A stretch of DNA of 64,000 nucleotides. Origin: Squalus acanthias. Its lineage: Eukaryota. Below are positions 1 through 11,667 of the stretch, piece after piece (within the stretch, counting starts at the first letter, position 1; each line of letters starts with the position of its first letter). The stretch covers positions 70,310,001 through 70,374,000 of the forward strand of contig CM059432.1 in assembly GCA_030390025.1 (NCBI GenBank). Direction: 5' to 3'. The position numbers and the translations under genes are program-made. The notes under the pieces are model-generated. The model saw nothing but the letters and a program-made list of their open reading frames with translations, searched no databases and was not told the origin of the DNA.

Positions 1-120
1 TGTAATGTAGAAAATGCGGCAGCCAATCTGTGCACAACCAGGTTCCACAAACAGCAATGTGATAATGACCAGATAATCTTTTTTTTAGTGATGTTGGTTG
101 AGCGATAAATATTGGCCAGG
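1..120 (-). mobile_element. Deu-domain (SacSINE1/AmnSINE1-like) SINE fragment, cut by the window edge
   Basis: Core 'tgtaatgtag-aaa-gcggcagccaat-tg-gcaca-c-ag-t-ccacaaacagcaatg-gataatgaccagataatc' recurs at 11740, 22950 and (reverse) 51850. Confidence 0.7.
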
Positions 121-1273
121 ACAAATGTAGTAACTGAGTAATAATTCAGTGCACAGTAGGGCAATAGTTACACTGCGGGACCAAAAGACTTCTTCCCAAT
201 CCATGGTTCTCACATTCTTATAAGTTTGACCCTGAACGTTTCTGAGATCAACAGAAAGATCTGGAAAAGTTGCAACAAGATACCAGGAGATTTGCAATCA
301 TCTAATGTATGCTCAAATAGCCATTGTTCAGCAACTGTGTAAAATTGTGGGTAGTTTTGCACTATGGGTCTACTCCTATTTGAAATTGGGTCAAGACTGT
401 CCACAATCATTCTCATAAACTATTAAGAGCCATAAAATAAAGAAGACTTTCATCCCTTCATTCCGGCTGGATTTGACTTCACTGGCAACTCCTGTGACCC
501 TGCTACAATCACATCAGCTCCACCAGATCTTTTCAGAGGTCATCCTCATTTGCTCTACTCTTCTGCATAACATTATGCCATAATGAGTTAGGAGCAAGGG
601 GTGGCTTACCTCTGCAGCTTGCCAAACAGGCTACAATATTCCATCAGTGGCATTTAAAGTATCATTTACATTGAAACTATTGACAAAGGCAAATAAAGCT
701 ATGCTTTTTGTGATATCTCATCTCTTCCACTCACTTTTCCAGCCATCTTGTTATCCCTAGTATAGTTCTGATGTGATTAACAAGCTAAGGAGCTGAATGT
801 TTGTAACTGATGGGAAATTATTACCTTTTAGAAGAGAGGCAGTGGCTAACACTGTGCTCAAAGATAACTTGGTTTTCTCAGTAATGAAGATAACATGCCA
901 TAGCTTCTTCTACTTATGGAATGTCCAATTTAATAATAAGAATAGAAGAAATGAAAGTGGATGGTAAATGGTCAGCAGTAAGAAAAAATATAACTGCAAA
1001 AGTTGGCAGCAATAAAAAAATGGCAATTTTACTATGCTGCAAAATGTATAGTGAGAATTAGAGCCACAAAACATAAAAGCTGATGAACCTAGTATATTTG
1101 TGAGGGCTATGAGCTATATCTTAATCTCAAATCTGAGGTACTCAGAACCCCTCAATGGCATTATAACTTGTAAGCACTCCCAGCCATTCATCTATATATG
1201 TAAAAGTAACACACAATATGGAAACTATAACCAAAAGTATTTTGTGCTGTAAATACTATTATGTAATACTATA

Positions 1274-1375
1274 AGTAGGGTGGGAGAAGGCTCGTGTGTA
1301 GTGTAAACACTGGCATAGACCGGTTGGGTCGAAAGGCCTGTTTCTGTGCTGTAAATACAGTGTAATACAATGTAA
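1274..1375 (+). mobile_element. CR1 LINE 3' tail fragment
   Basis: 'ggcatagaccggttgggtcgaaaggcctgtttctgtgctgtaaat' is the reverse complement of the CR1 3' end at about 1450-1510. Confidence 0.65.
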
Positions 1376-1436
1376 AATATGTGTGGCAGCTACATTGGCA
1401 AAACTTGACTGAAACTGAGTGCCACAGGTGAGTTTA

Positions 1437-2080
1437 CATAGAAATACATAGAATTTACAGCATAGAAACAGTCCATTCGGCCCAACTGGTCTATGCCAGT
1501 GTTTATACTCTACACAAGCCTCCTCCCAACCTACTTAATATAAAACTGTCTATTCCTTTCTCCCTCATGTACCTATCTAGCTTCCCCTTAAAGGCATCTA
1601 TGCTATTCGCCTCAACTACACCATGTGGTAGCAAGTTTCAAATTCTATCCACTCTCTGGGTGAAGAAGTTTCTCCTGAATTCTTTATTGGATTTATTAGT
1701 GACTATCTTATATTTATGGCCCTTAGTTTTGGACTCCCCTACAAGTGGAAACATCTTCTCTACGACTACCCTATCAAGCCCCTTCATAATTTTAAAGACC
1801 TCTATCGGGTCACCACTCAGCCTTCTCTTTTCTAGAGAAAAGAGCACCAGTCTATTCAGTCTTTCTTGTTAGTTATAACCTCTCAGTTCTGGTATCATCT
1901 TTGTAACCCATTTTTGCACCTTCACCATTGCCTCTATATATTTATGTAATATGGAGATCAGAACTGTACACAGTACTCCAAGTGTGGTCTAACCAAGGTT
2001 CTATACAAGTTTAACAAAACTTCTCTGCTTTTCAATTCTATTCCTCTAGAAATGAACCCTGCTGCTTTGTTTGAATATTT
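1437..2080 (-). mobile_element. CR1 LINE (family A), 3' part; resumes at about 8953-9045 after nested insertions
   Basis: ORFs 1638..1847 and 1958..2281 encode the CR1 ORF2 C-terminus (LFSLEKRRL.GD.IEVFKIMKG; LYRTLVRPHLEYCVQF). The sequence 'atggccttgttaacttg...' at about 8955 continues the same element. Confidence 0.85.
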
Positions 2081-2091
2081 TAGAGTCATCA

Positions 2092-2930
2092 GGGTGATTT
2101 TGCCAATGGGGGCGCGTTGGAGGCGGGACTGCTGCTTGTCAGGTTTCAGTCCCGCCTCCATCAACTTGTGGCCAACCCACGCTATTTTCCCTTGATTGAC
2201 CTTGTTAAGCCCGCCCAGCGGGCTTAGCAGGCCAATTAAGGGGAAGCCGGTTACAGAGAACGTCAGCCTATGACGTTTCATGTGTCAAAAATTTTTGACA
2301 GATGAATTGTCATCGTTTGACAGCTCTGTGAAGCTGTCAAACACTGACATTCTCTGTTGTTTGATGAGTCCTTGTATTCAAGACTCATCAAACCTCTTTT
2401 GTTAGCAGAAATCAGATGGCTGTTGCACGGAGAATGCAGCAGCCATCTGTCATCTCTGCTATTAAGATGCGGGAGTCTCCAGATCCCCAACTGTTGAAGC
2501 CTGCAGGAAGAAACAAAGGTAAGTAAACATTTTCTATCACTTTTCACTCACCTCACATACTTAACTCTCCACACTTGCACCCATCACTCACCTCCACAGT
2601 GCACTTTTGCACCCCTCCGACCCCCACAGACCCACTGCTCGCCTCGCTGACCCTGGCGGGGTTTCCCGACATCGGGAAGCCCGCGCCTCTGCTGGAAAAA
2701 TGGGGATAATCCTCTTAACTGCCTGTTAACTACCTGTTAACAGGCAGTTAAGTGGATGTAATCACCTTCCCGCCTCCAGGAGACGGGACCCAGCACAGGT
2801 CGGTTACCCACCTCCTGGGAAGATGGCACGGAGGCGGATTGGGGGTGGGATGGGTACCCGCCCCCAGATTCTGCCATTTTCACGGCAGTCCCGCCTCCAA
2901 ACCCACCTCCCCAGGGCTGGCAAAATTCAG
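2092..2930 (-). mobile_element. Harbinger-family MITE, copy 1 (about 840 bp)
   Basis: Ends GGGTGATTTTGCCA...TGGCAAAATTCAG (terminal CCC lost). The body is a reverse-complement homolog of 7381-8241 and 47232-47977. Probable TCA target duplication. Confidence 0.8.
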
Positions 2931-3439
2931 AGTCATAGGGCTCAATTTTGCCAGGCCCGAGGAGGTGGGATTGGAGGCATGTGAGGTGTTAAAATCGCAA
3001 AAAATGGCTGGCAGCTCCGATCCCGCCTCCAGCCCACCTCCGAGCAATTTTCCCAGAATTGGGGTTTCAGACCCCATTTCCATCCCGCCTCCAATTTAAG
3101 GCCCTTAACAACCAAATAATCCCATTTTGAGAGGCCTTTCTGAATTTAACACTTTTCCCCCGTGCTGCACGTCTCCTCTGAAACACGCCAGTTAATCCTG
3201 GCGGCCTCACAAGTGGATTGCTTACTAACAGCTGCAGCTCCACCATTAAAAAGGAGTTTTCAGCAATCATCATTTGCAGGTGGCAGAACTTTGTTGTCTC
3301 AGGTCTGGGGGACTTTTAGCAGGCCTACTCATTGTTGTGGAAGTTTGGAGCCTGAGACCCATCTCCAATGTGACCTCCTGGGAAACCCCTCTCCCGACCT
3401 TGACTGAGCGCTTCCTCAACTGAGGTATATACCAGAAAA

Positions 3440-4690
3440 ATGGGAACCATTTATTTCCTTTCCTCCTGGACATCAGATTTGGACGAAGACCAGCCACGGC
3501 AGCAACAGAACCCTGAACAACAGCAGCACCAACAGCAGGAGCAACAACAGGAGCGCCAATCTGCTGCTCACCCACCTGAAACTGCACAGGCAAGAAGGCG
3601 CCAGCGCATGGAAGGATGTCGCCGCAGGAGATACCCCCAAAACAGGGTTTACAGACAGAGGATGAGCTACCTCAACATGACTGAGCAGCAGTGCCAAAGG
3701 AGGCTCAGACTTTCGCGAGAGGTAGTGGGTGACATCTGCGCAAGACCTGGAGCCCAGAGGAGTGGGTGGACACCCCTTACCAGTGGCCGTCAAAGTCACC
3801 ACCGCATTCAACTTTTTTGCTTCATGCTCATTCCAGGGATCAGCAGCAGACATCAGCGGCATCTCCCAGGCGGCCGCACACAGTTGTATCATGCAGGTAA
3901 CCAATGCCCTCTTTGCCATCATGCACAATTACATCAACTTCTCCAAGGATCAAGCAAGTGTAAGTGCGCGTGCGGTTGGATTTGCAAATCTGGCAGGCTT
4001 TCCAAGGATGCAGGGCCTCGTTGACTGCACACATGTGGCCCTTAAGGCACCCCATCACAATCCAGGTATTTTTGTCAACTGCAAGGGCTTCCACTCCCTC
4101 AACGTGCAGCTGGTGTGTGACCACAAGAAGGAAATGTTGCATGTTTGCGCCAAGTACCCTGGCAGTTGCCAGGACTCCTTCATCCTGCGCCAGTCTAGTG
4201 TGCCTCCGCTCTTCAGTCCGCCAGACCAACTTTTCGGATGGCTACTTGGAGACAAGGGCTATCCCCTGAAGACGTGGCTAATGACGCTGTTGAGGAGCCC
4301 ATTCAATGAAGCTGAGGAACGCTACAACTCCAGCCACATTTCCACCAGATCCATAATTGAGCAAACCATCGGCTTGCTGAAGATGCGCTTCAGATGCCTT
4401 GATAGATCAGATGGAGCCCTGCAGTACTCAGCAGCCAGGGTCTCCAGAATCGTCGTGGTCTGCTGTGCACTTCACAACATGGCACAGCATCGTGGCTTGC
4501 AGCTGCCTGAGGGACAAGTGGCTTATCACATAGCCTCCTCAGATGAGGATGAGGAGGAGGAGGAGGAGAGGAGGAGGAGGAGAGCGACAACGAACAGCTT
4601 GCGGAGGCGCATCAACCAGCGGCAGCAGCACGCGAGCACATTGCTGCCCGGGATGCAAGGGACGCACTCATCTTGGCCAGATTTGCTTAG
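3440..4690 (+). pseudogene. Harbinger DDE transposase (HARBI1-like family), two frameshifts
   Basis: N-terminus in ORF 3440.. (RRRRYPQNRVYRQR...RLRLSRE) shifts near 3740 into ORF 3729.. with [59 protein letters not shown] second shift in the (GAG)n acidic tract near 4565 leads to the native-looking end [11 protein letters not shown] (TAG 4688-4690). Confidence 0.88.
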
Positions 4691-4948
4691 CCTAGCCAAT
4701 CAAACACTTTTGCCTCGCACCTTCTTACCAGAGCATCTACAATGGCCAAGAACCTGCGGATTCCTATCACTCTGACCACCATAATGACAATTGCAAGTCG
4801 CCCTAAGCCCTCAATGTGGAAGTCCCATTTGTGAAATGACACAGGCCACAACTTCAACAGTTTGCCATCAGAATTTTTTATCACAACAAGCAACTGATGG
4901 CATTTCAAAAATAAACACAACATAACACCCAAGTGACTACCCTTGTGA

Positions 4949-6939
4949 CTACTTGTGCATTATCTTCCTCTTACGCATGCTCCTACATGGTGCTTCCCCT
5001 GTGGCTTCAGCAGATATGGAGGCCCCTTGCTCAATTTCTTGCTGCTCCTGCCTCGACACCTTTGGTGGGCGTCCTCTGGGGTTGCGAACCTGTCTGCTGC
5101 TCCTACGGCTGTGCAGGGGCTGAGACGCCGATCTCAGTTGGGTGAGGACTCTGGTGGGGCTCTGACCAAGGGCTCTGCAGTGGCATGGTCGTGTGAGTGC
5201 TTGGAGAGGAGCCCCCACATCCTTGTTCTCTGCTACCAACATCCCTCTCATGGGTCAACCCCACTTCAGAGCTAGCAAGTGGCTTGACAGCAGCTTGCTG
5301 CACTTCAGGGGGGCCATGAGGACCCGTTTCTGCACTGGAAGTCCTACTCCAGAGGACTTCCATGAAGGTCTGGTTTCTCTGCTCAATAGCTGACCATCAC
5401 TCCTCAAGAGATGTCAGTCTATTCTGAACAATGACCATGTTTTCCAGACCCTGGCGACTAAGCTGCTCCATGGCCGTAGCCATCCTCTCCTCTATCGTAG
5501 CCATCTTCTCCTCTACAGTAGCCAGCCTTACCAAGGAAGTAGCCATCCTTTCCACAGAGGTTGCCATCCTTTCCGTGGTGATGCGTTCATGCGCCAACGC
5601 CTCCACAAAGGCTCTGCTCATGTTAGCGATGGACTCCTCCATTCGCTCCACACTCGCAGCGACCCTGGAGACAAAACCTGCCAGAGACTCCTGCACCTGT
5701 TCCTGGAGTTCCAGCACCGCTCTCCTTCTGGATGGACCCGGAGGCACAGGGTCGACATGCAGCGGAGATGAGCTGGGAGAGTCCTGTGCCCTCCGACGAG
5801 GACACTCCACTGCTGTCGCTGTCTCCACCATCTGCTGATGCTCACTTGTGAGCTGTGATACACCAGGTAACAACTCTACTCTATGTCCCGAAGGTCCCAC
5901 CAAGGTGTGAGTGTCTGCGCTGGTGCTGGGTGCGCTTAATTCTGCTGACGCTGCGCCCTCAGAGGTTGCAGCTTCCTCTGAGGAGTCTGGGGGCTCAGGC
6001 TGTTCCTCCTGGACAGTGGGGAGGGGGGTTGTCGATGGTCCTGTGGGGGAGCAAAGGAATGAGTTAGACATGTGAGATAAACGTTGCATGCACATTGAAT
6101 TGTACAGATGATCATAAGTCAATCGGTTTGAGCATCAGAATCAAGATCAGTCACTCATGCAATGTCAATGAGAGAGATGAACAACTATTCTGTCACCAGC
6201 TTGCTCTGATGCGCCCGTCTGTCTGTCCCCCACTTGCGCATCCTCCTCCACTCCCACGATCTCCAGGGCCGCCTCCTCCGAAGTGGTGAGCTGGGCTATT
6301 AAGCGTGGCCCTCCTCCTGTCCTCACCCTCTCCCTCTTATTGTGGGCTCTCTTTTCCTGCAATGAGGGAGACAAGTGGAGTTTGAGCGAGAATGAAGGAG
6401 TGAGTGTAGAGAATCCATAGCATAGATGCTTAGAAGGACACATAGATAGAGTGAGGTGGCAAGACCAAGGGCCCTCCCTGTGTGGTGCAAGTTGTTTTCA
6501 TAGCATCACAGTGATAAGGAGTGTGAGGGCTGCATAGTACAATAGTTAAGTGAATGTGAACATACAGAGAGAGGGAATGGGTAAGGGTGCAGGGATGTAA
6601 GGGTGAAGTGGGATGTGGAGGAGGAGGTTGACAAAGCAGAGTGCTGGTGATGAGAGGCGATGGGGATCAGATTGAGGGTCATGGGGATGGAATACTCACT
6701 TTTCCTGTGCGGAGAAAGTCATGAAACCTCTTTCGGCACTGCAGCCAGGTTCTGCTGTACATTGAAATGGCATTCACCTCCTGTGCCACTTGAAGCCACA
6801 CAGCTTTGGTCTGCTGTGGAGGCTTTTTCCTCCCTGAGGAAGGAAAGAGCACTTCCTTGTTTGCTCTTGCTCCCTCCACCAGAGCTTGGAGGGAGGCCTC
6901 ATCGAATCTGGGTGCACACTTTGGCCTGGTGCTGGACAT
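4949..6939 (-). pseudogene. Harbinger accessory Myb/SANT (trihelix) DNA-binding protein gene, three exons (6939-6700, 6356-6197, 6040-4949)
   Basis: Exon 1 has APRF...LVE...LFP...W.QVAQEVN...RTWLQCRKRFHD then a GTGAGT donor. Exon 2 (EKRAHNKRERVRTGGG) is bounded by CAG and GTGACA. Exon 3 follows a pyrimidine tract and CAG. Phases 0 and 1 join in frame. There is a premature TGA at 5397-5399 and a frameshift near 5100-5250 before RGRPPK...RSMRKRK*. Confidence 0.85.
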
Positions 6940-7220
6940 AGTAGCAATAGGAATCCCTCAGAAGTATGGTCATAAAGTTGTAAGGCTGAAAAAGAACCAA
7001 GGCTGCTTGCAGGCCTTAAATCCAGCTGCATTGATGACATCATTGGAGGTGAGTTTCAGTACCAAAAGACTCATTGGGCCAGGGGTTCCCACACGCTGCA
7101 AATCAAGTGCCCAATTAGGGCAAAATCTTACTTTTGTCCCGCCTCTAATCGGAGGCGGGGTCCTGACACGCTGACCACCTGACACGCCCCCAGCCCACCC
7201 CCAATGACAAAATCCAGCCC

Positions 7221-8952
7221 ATAGAGTCATAACGGCACAGAAGGAGGCCATTCAGCCCATCGACTCCGTGCCGGCTCTCTGTAGAGCAATCCAATCAGTC
7301 CCACTCCCCCGCTCTAACCCCATAGCCCTGCAATTTTATTTCCCTCAAGTGCCTATCCAGTCTCCCCTTGAAAACATTGAGGGCTGGACTTTACCAGCCC
7401 TGAAGAGGTGGGTTTGGAGGCGGGACTGCTGGGAAAGTCAAAAAGAATGGGAGCGGGTCCCGAACCCGCTCCTAACCCGCCTCCAACCAATCTTCCCAAG
7501 TGTCGGGTCCCCGATTTGCGCAGGGACCCGACTCCTAGCGGCAGGAAGAAGATTATAGCCACTTAACTGCCTATTAACAGGTAGTTAACAGGCAGTTAAG
7601 AGGCTTTTCCCAATTTTTCTACTGCTGCTGCGGGCTTCCCGACGTCGGGGAACCCCGCCAGGGTAAGTGAGGCGTGCTGTGGGTCTGTTGTTATGTTGGT
7701 GTTTGGATGACAGCTGCAGTGGTGGTGTGAAAGATGCAACGGGACACTGGTGAGTATCAGAGGTAAGGAAATGTTGTGAAAGTAATTTTTAATGTGGTTA
7801 GATGTTTCTGCAGGTGACAAGCTGTGAAGTGTTTGTGTAGCCTCCTCTCATCAGGTGAAGTAACAGATCGCTTCTGCAATCTCAGCAGCAGCTGCCACCT
7901 GTTTTATCCTAAGGAGAGAGTAATTGGAGAGCCTGGGTGCAATGGCTCAACTGTGTACAGTGATTGTCAGTGTTTGACAGCACCTCCATGCTGTCAAATA
8001 CTGACAATTCATCTGTCAAACAAGTGTGGTGCATATGCCTTTAAGAAAACCAGCAGCTGAAGCATCATCAACTGACATCATCTGGCTTTCCCTTAATTGG
8101 CTGGCAAGCCCACAGGGCGAGCATAACAAGGCCAATCAGGGCAAAATAGCGTCTGTTCATCAGGCGTCACTGGGGGTGGGACTAGAACCCGGAAGGCAGC
8201 AGTCCCGCCTCGAACTTGTCACAATAAGTAAAATCCAGCCCTGAGTGTCTCCGCTTCCACCACTTCCGTCGGCAGTGAGTTCCAGGTCCTCACCATCTAG
8301 CTGCGTAAAAAAGTTTTTCCTCACATCCCCCCTGTATCTCTTGCCCAAAACCTTAAATCTGTGTCCCCCAGTCTTTGTACCATCAATTAGTGGGAACAGC
8401 CTTTCCCCGTCTAGCCTATCCAAACCCATCATAACCTTGTACACCTCTATCAAATTACCCCTCAACCTCCTTTGCTCTAATGAAAACAAATCCAGCTTCT
8501 CCAAACTGTCCTTGTAGCTAAGATCCCCCATCCCTGGAACCATTCTGGTAAATCTCCTCTTCACCCTCTCAAGGCCTTCACATCCTCCCTAAAGTGTGGT
8601 GACCAGAACTGGACGTAATACTCCAGTTGTGGCCTAACCAGTGCTTTATAAAGGTTCAGCATAACTTCTCTACTTTTGTACTCAATACCTCTATTTATGA
8701 AGCCCAAGATCCCATATGCTTTGCTAACCACTCTCTCAATATGTCTTGCCACCTTCAGGGACCTATGCACATTAACTCCCAGGTCCCTCTGTCCCTGCAC
8801 ACTCTTTAAAACTGTGCCATTAAGTGTATATTGCCTCTCCCTGTTCCTTCTGCCAAAATGCATCACCTCACACTTCTCTGTATTAAATTCCATCTGCCAC
8901 TCGTCTGCCCATTCTGCTAGCCTTTCTATGACCTGTTGCAGTTGATTGGTAT
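7221..8952 (-). mobile_element. CR1 LINE (family B), 5'-truncated; its (TAGAGTCA)n tail extends back to 2081
   Basis: ORFs 8160..8564 and 8561..8893 nearly match the C-terminus of the full-length copy at 15819-16506. 3' end is ctgtgccgttatgactcta. Confidence 0.9.
7381..8241 (+). mobile_element. Harbinger-family MITE, copy 2 (861 bp)
   Basis: TIRs GGGCTGGACTTTAC / GTAAAATCCAGCCC, TSD TGA (7378-7380, 8242-8244). Removing it restores gaaaacattgagtgtctccgcttcc, matching the uninterrupted CR1-B near 16440-16465. Confidence 0.92.
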
Positions 8953-9045
8953 ATATGGCCTTGTTAACTTGAGTTGCTACTTTTAATAATTTGTGGACAT
9001 GTACCCCTAGATCCCTTTGCTCCTCTACTCCATTTAGACTCTTAT

Positions 9046-9412
9046 GCCCTGATCTTCACTGGGGCAGGATTTCCAAGTGGGGAGGAGGAGTTCTGGTCTG
9101 GTTTCCCCGAACGCTGAGGAGTTTTGACTCCAAAGCATGCGTGTTCTTTTTCCAAAGGATCTCCGCCCAGGCTTGGCTCCCAGTCGGGCAGGGAACGCTA
9201 CAGAAGAGGCCGCAGCCCAGGAGCAAGTAAATCTGTGCTGCTGGGGTAGAGATTGTGGGGGGTGTGGAGGGTGGAGGGAGTGGGTACAGCGTGGCTTGTA
9301 GGGTCGAGGGGTGATCGCGGGGGGTCGGAGACAGAATGGGGGAGCAGAGCTGGGGGGGTTGAGGGATCGTGATCATGGGGGAGAGCGGTGATCGTTGGGG
9401 GGGGGGGGGGTG
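9046..9412. mobile_element. Probable non-autonomous DNA transposon fragment ending in a G-run
   Basis: Abrupt GC-rich segment starting gccctgatcttcactgggg between two CR1 pieces; no second TIR found. Confidence 0.4.
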
Positions 9413-9414
9413 TG

Positions 9415-9665
9415 GGTACATCTCCTCTGTACCCTTTCTAAGGCTTTTACATCTTTCCTGATATATGGTGTCCAGAATTGTCCACAATACTCCAGCTGAG
9501 GCCTAGCCAGTGATTTATAAAGTTCCAGCATGATCTCTTTTCTTTTATATTCTATTCCTCTATTTATAAACCCTAGTAACCCATATACTTTTTTAACCAC
9601 CTTATCAGCTTGCCCTGCCACTTTAAGGATTTGTGTATAAGGACACCGAGGTCTCTCTGCTCATC
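9415..9665 (-). mobile_element. CR1 ORF2 fragment
   Basis: ORF 9373..9621: YGLLGFINRGIEYK...LYKSLARPQLEYC.QFW. Confidence 0.85.
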
Positions 9666-10018
9666 AAAAGCGTGCCATTCTTTCATGAACTGATTCAAAA
9701 CTACTGTGTTGTTTGAGCTGACTTTGACAAACTGGCTGCACTTATTACTTCCATGAAAGACTCTATCAGTGAATCAATGTGTTCAGTAATTCAATCTAAT
9801 ACAAAAGTGCCTGGTGTGGCTGGTATTAATCATCTTGTGAAGTGATGTGGACGTATAGTTGAAATCCAGGTATAAATCCAGAGACGATAATGATAAATGA
9901 GTCTATTGTTTGTCCAGGGCATGCAATGCTATATTACTTTGTGCACTAGGCTATGCTTCAGATCATAGGGAGCAAGAGTGCTTGCCTATGGTAGCTGACT
10001 TTTATGTTAGGTACATGA

Positions 10019-10475
10019 AAAGCTTGAAATGTAACCATGGCCTAAAAATTCGGTTGCTTTGCACCTCCCGTTAGCACCCTAAGAGGGCGCTAACAGGGCG
10101 CAAAGCAACTAGCACCTGGGCGCGGCGCCGCCAACGCCTCCTCCGAAATTCAGCGGGAGGTCAGCGGCGGCGGTAACCGTTAGCGCCCCAGCTGGGCCCC
10201 GGGTCGTGCCACGCTAGGCCCCTCCCCTTTAATAAGGGGAGGAAAGCCTGCAGTACTGCTGCGCGACGTGCTGCAGCGTGTGGCGCTGCGGCACGTAGCG
10301 CCGCGATATTCACTCGCAGCACCCCAAGAGGGAGGCGGGACGCTTCCAGTAGTGCCCGCCTCCCTCTTGGGGCACTACCGGTGAATTTCGGCCGCGGGGA
10401 TGCTAATCTTTTCGGGGTACTAAAAGTAGCGCCCCGACGAAGTTAGCGCCCCAAAGGGGGCGCGACCCAATTTTT
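10019..10475 (-). mobile_element. GC-rich MITE related to the element at 37296-38191
   Basis: Both ends match those of 37296-38191 in reverse complement (aattgggtcgcgccccc-ttggggcgc; ttagcgccctctta-gg-gctaacggg). Many tagcgccc/gggcgcta inverted motifs. Confidence 0.75.
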
Positions 10476-11667
10476 AACAAGTAAAAGATAAGAATTTTCC
10501 TCAAATGAGACTGCAGTAATAAAAGAATTATTGAGGATTAGTTATCAATCTCTCAAATTTGTAGTTAAAACTAACAGAAGTAATCAGTGATGTATTTTCC
10601 TCATTTAAATGAATTAGGAAGGGAAAATGTTAGGTTGGATTCAACGAGATGAACAGAAGCTGTTAGCTTAGAGTATTAATGATTGTATGAGAGGATTGGC
10701 TCAGGGTTCGCTGTTGGTTACTGTGAAATAGAAAGCACTTAGAGGGCACCTCTTCCCAACCAAAATCTACAGAGTTTGAATCATTCTGAGATCAAGTGAT
10801 TTGCAGCCAATGAGCTGCAGAATTCTTCTCAAATATGAATTTAAAATTGTTTTAAAGATGCAAAAATATAGAGACCTGAGCAGAATTTCAGGCTCAAACC
10901 CCACATCTAGATTACAATGAAATAATATGGGGGAACATGACTTTTTCCTGTTCCTAAATGCAAGTTATGTGGAATTTTTCTCTCTGAAATTGGACACAAA
11001 TCAAAGTATCCTGATACACAGACAAAGCAACGTTCCTTACTTACTAAAGAGAGTCTGCTAATTAAAAATAATCTGTCATTTCTTTTCTCCCCCTACCCCC
11101 ACCCCCATCGCCAAAATGTTCCCTTTTAACCTACTTCCCTCTCTTGATGCCCAGTCATCCTATCATGCAGGGTGTTAGATGAATAGCAAGAAGGCATAGC
11201 CTTGTCATTCTGATATTGCTGGCTACTGACTTAAGACCATTATTGATACTCTGATTATGGGACTTTAGAACAGGAAGAAACTTCACTCCTGGAAACAGAA
11301 TACTGGTGAACTCCAATCTCCACTCCATCCACAAATCCCTGGTTTAATTCCTTTAGTTGGTTTCTATTTATCTGTAGCACCGAGACTGCCCTGTTCCAAT
11401 CATCTTCTGTGGCTGAAATTATGGCACATTATCCTTCCTTGTCATCCTCGGCGAACCCATCCTCCTTCACCACTTCTACTATGTGTTTCACCTCTATGGC
11501 ACCACCCTTGTATGGTTCCACTCCTGTCCCAGCCTGTCCCAACATAGTCAGCACATCTGGTAAAATGGCTTCTCCTCCCATGATCTTATAGTCACCTCAG
11601 GAATGCTACAATGTCCCAGCCGTGGCCCCCTTCTATGCTATTGTTGTTATTAGTTATTGTTTCTTTA

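Larger units (their letters stand above)
2938..7220 (+). mobile_element. PIF/Harbinger DNA transposon, near-complete autonomous-type copy (4283 bp)
   Basis: Imperfect TIRs GGGCTCAATTTTGCCA / GGGCTGGATTTTGTCA (13/16), 3-bp TSD ATA (2935-2937, 7221-7223), convergent transposase and Myb/SANT genes. Confidence 0.92.

Noticed and set aside
3440..4024. Independent poly-Q protein (194 aa)
   Set aside because: It is the transposase N-terminus running out of frame after the shift near 3740.
3729..4775. Domesticated host HARBI1 gene
   Set aside because: It lies inside TIRs with a TSD, has a convergent Myb partner and carries frameshifts, so it is a transposon copy.
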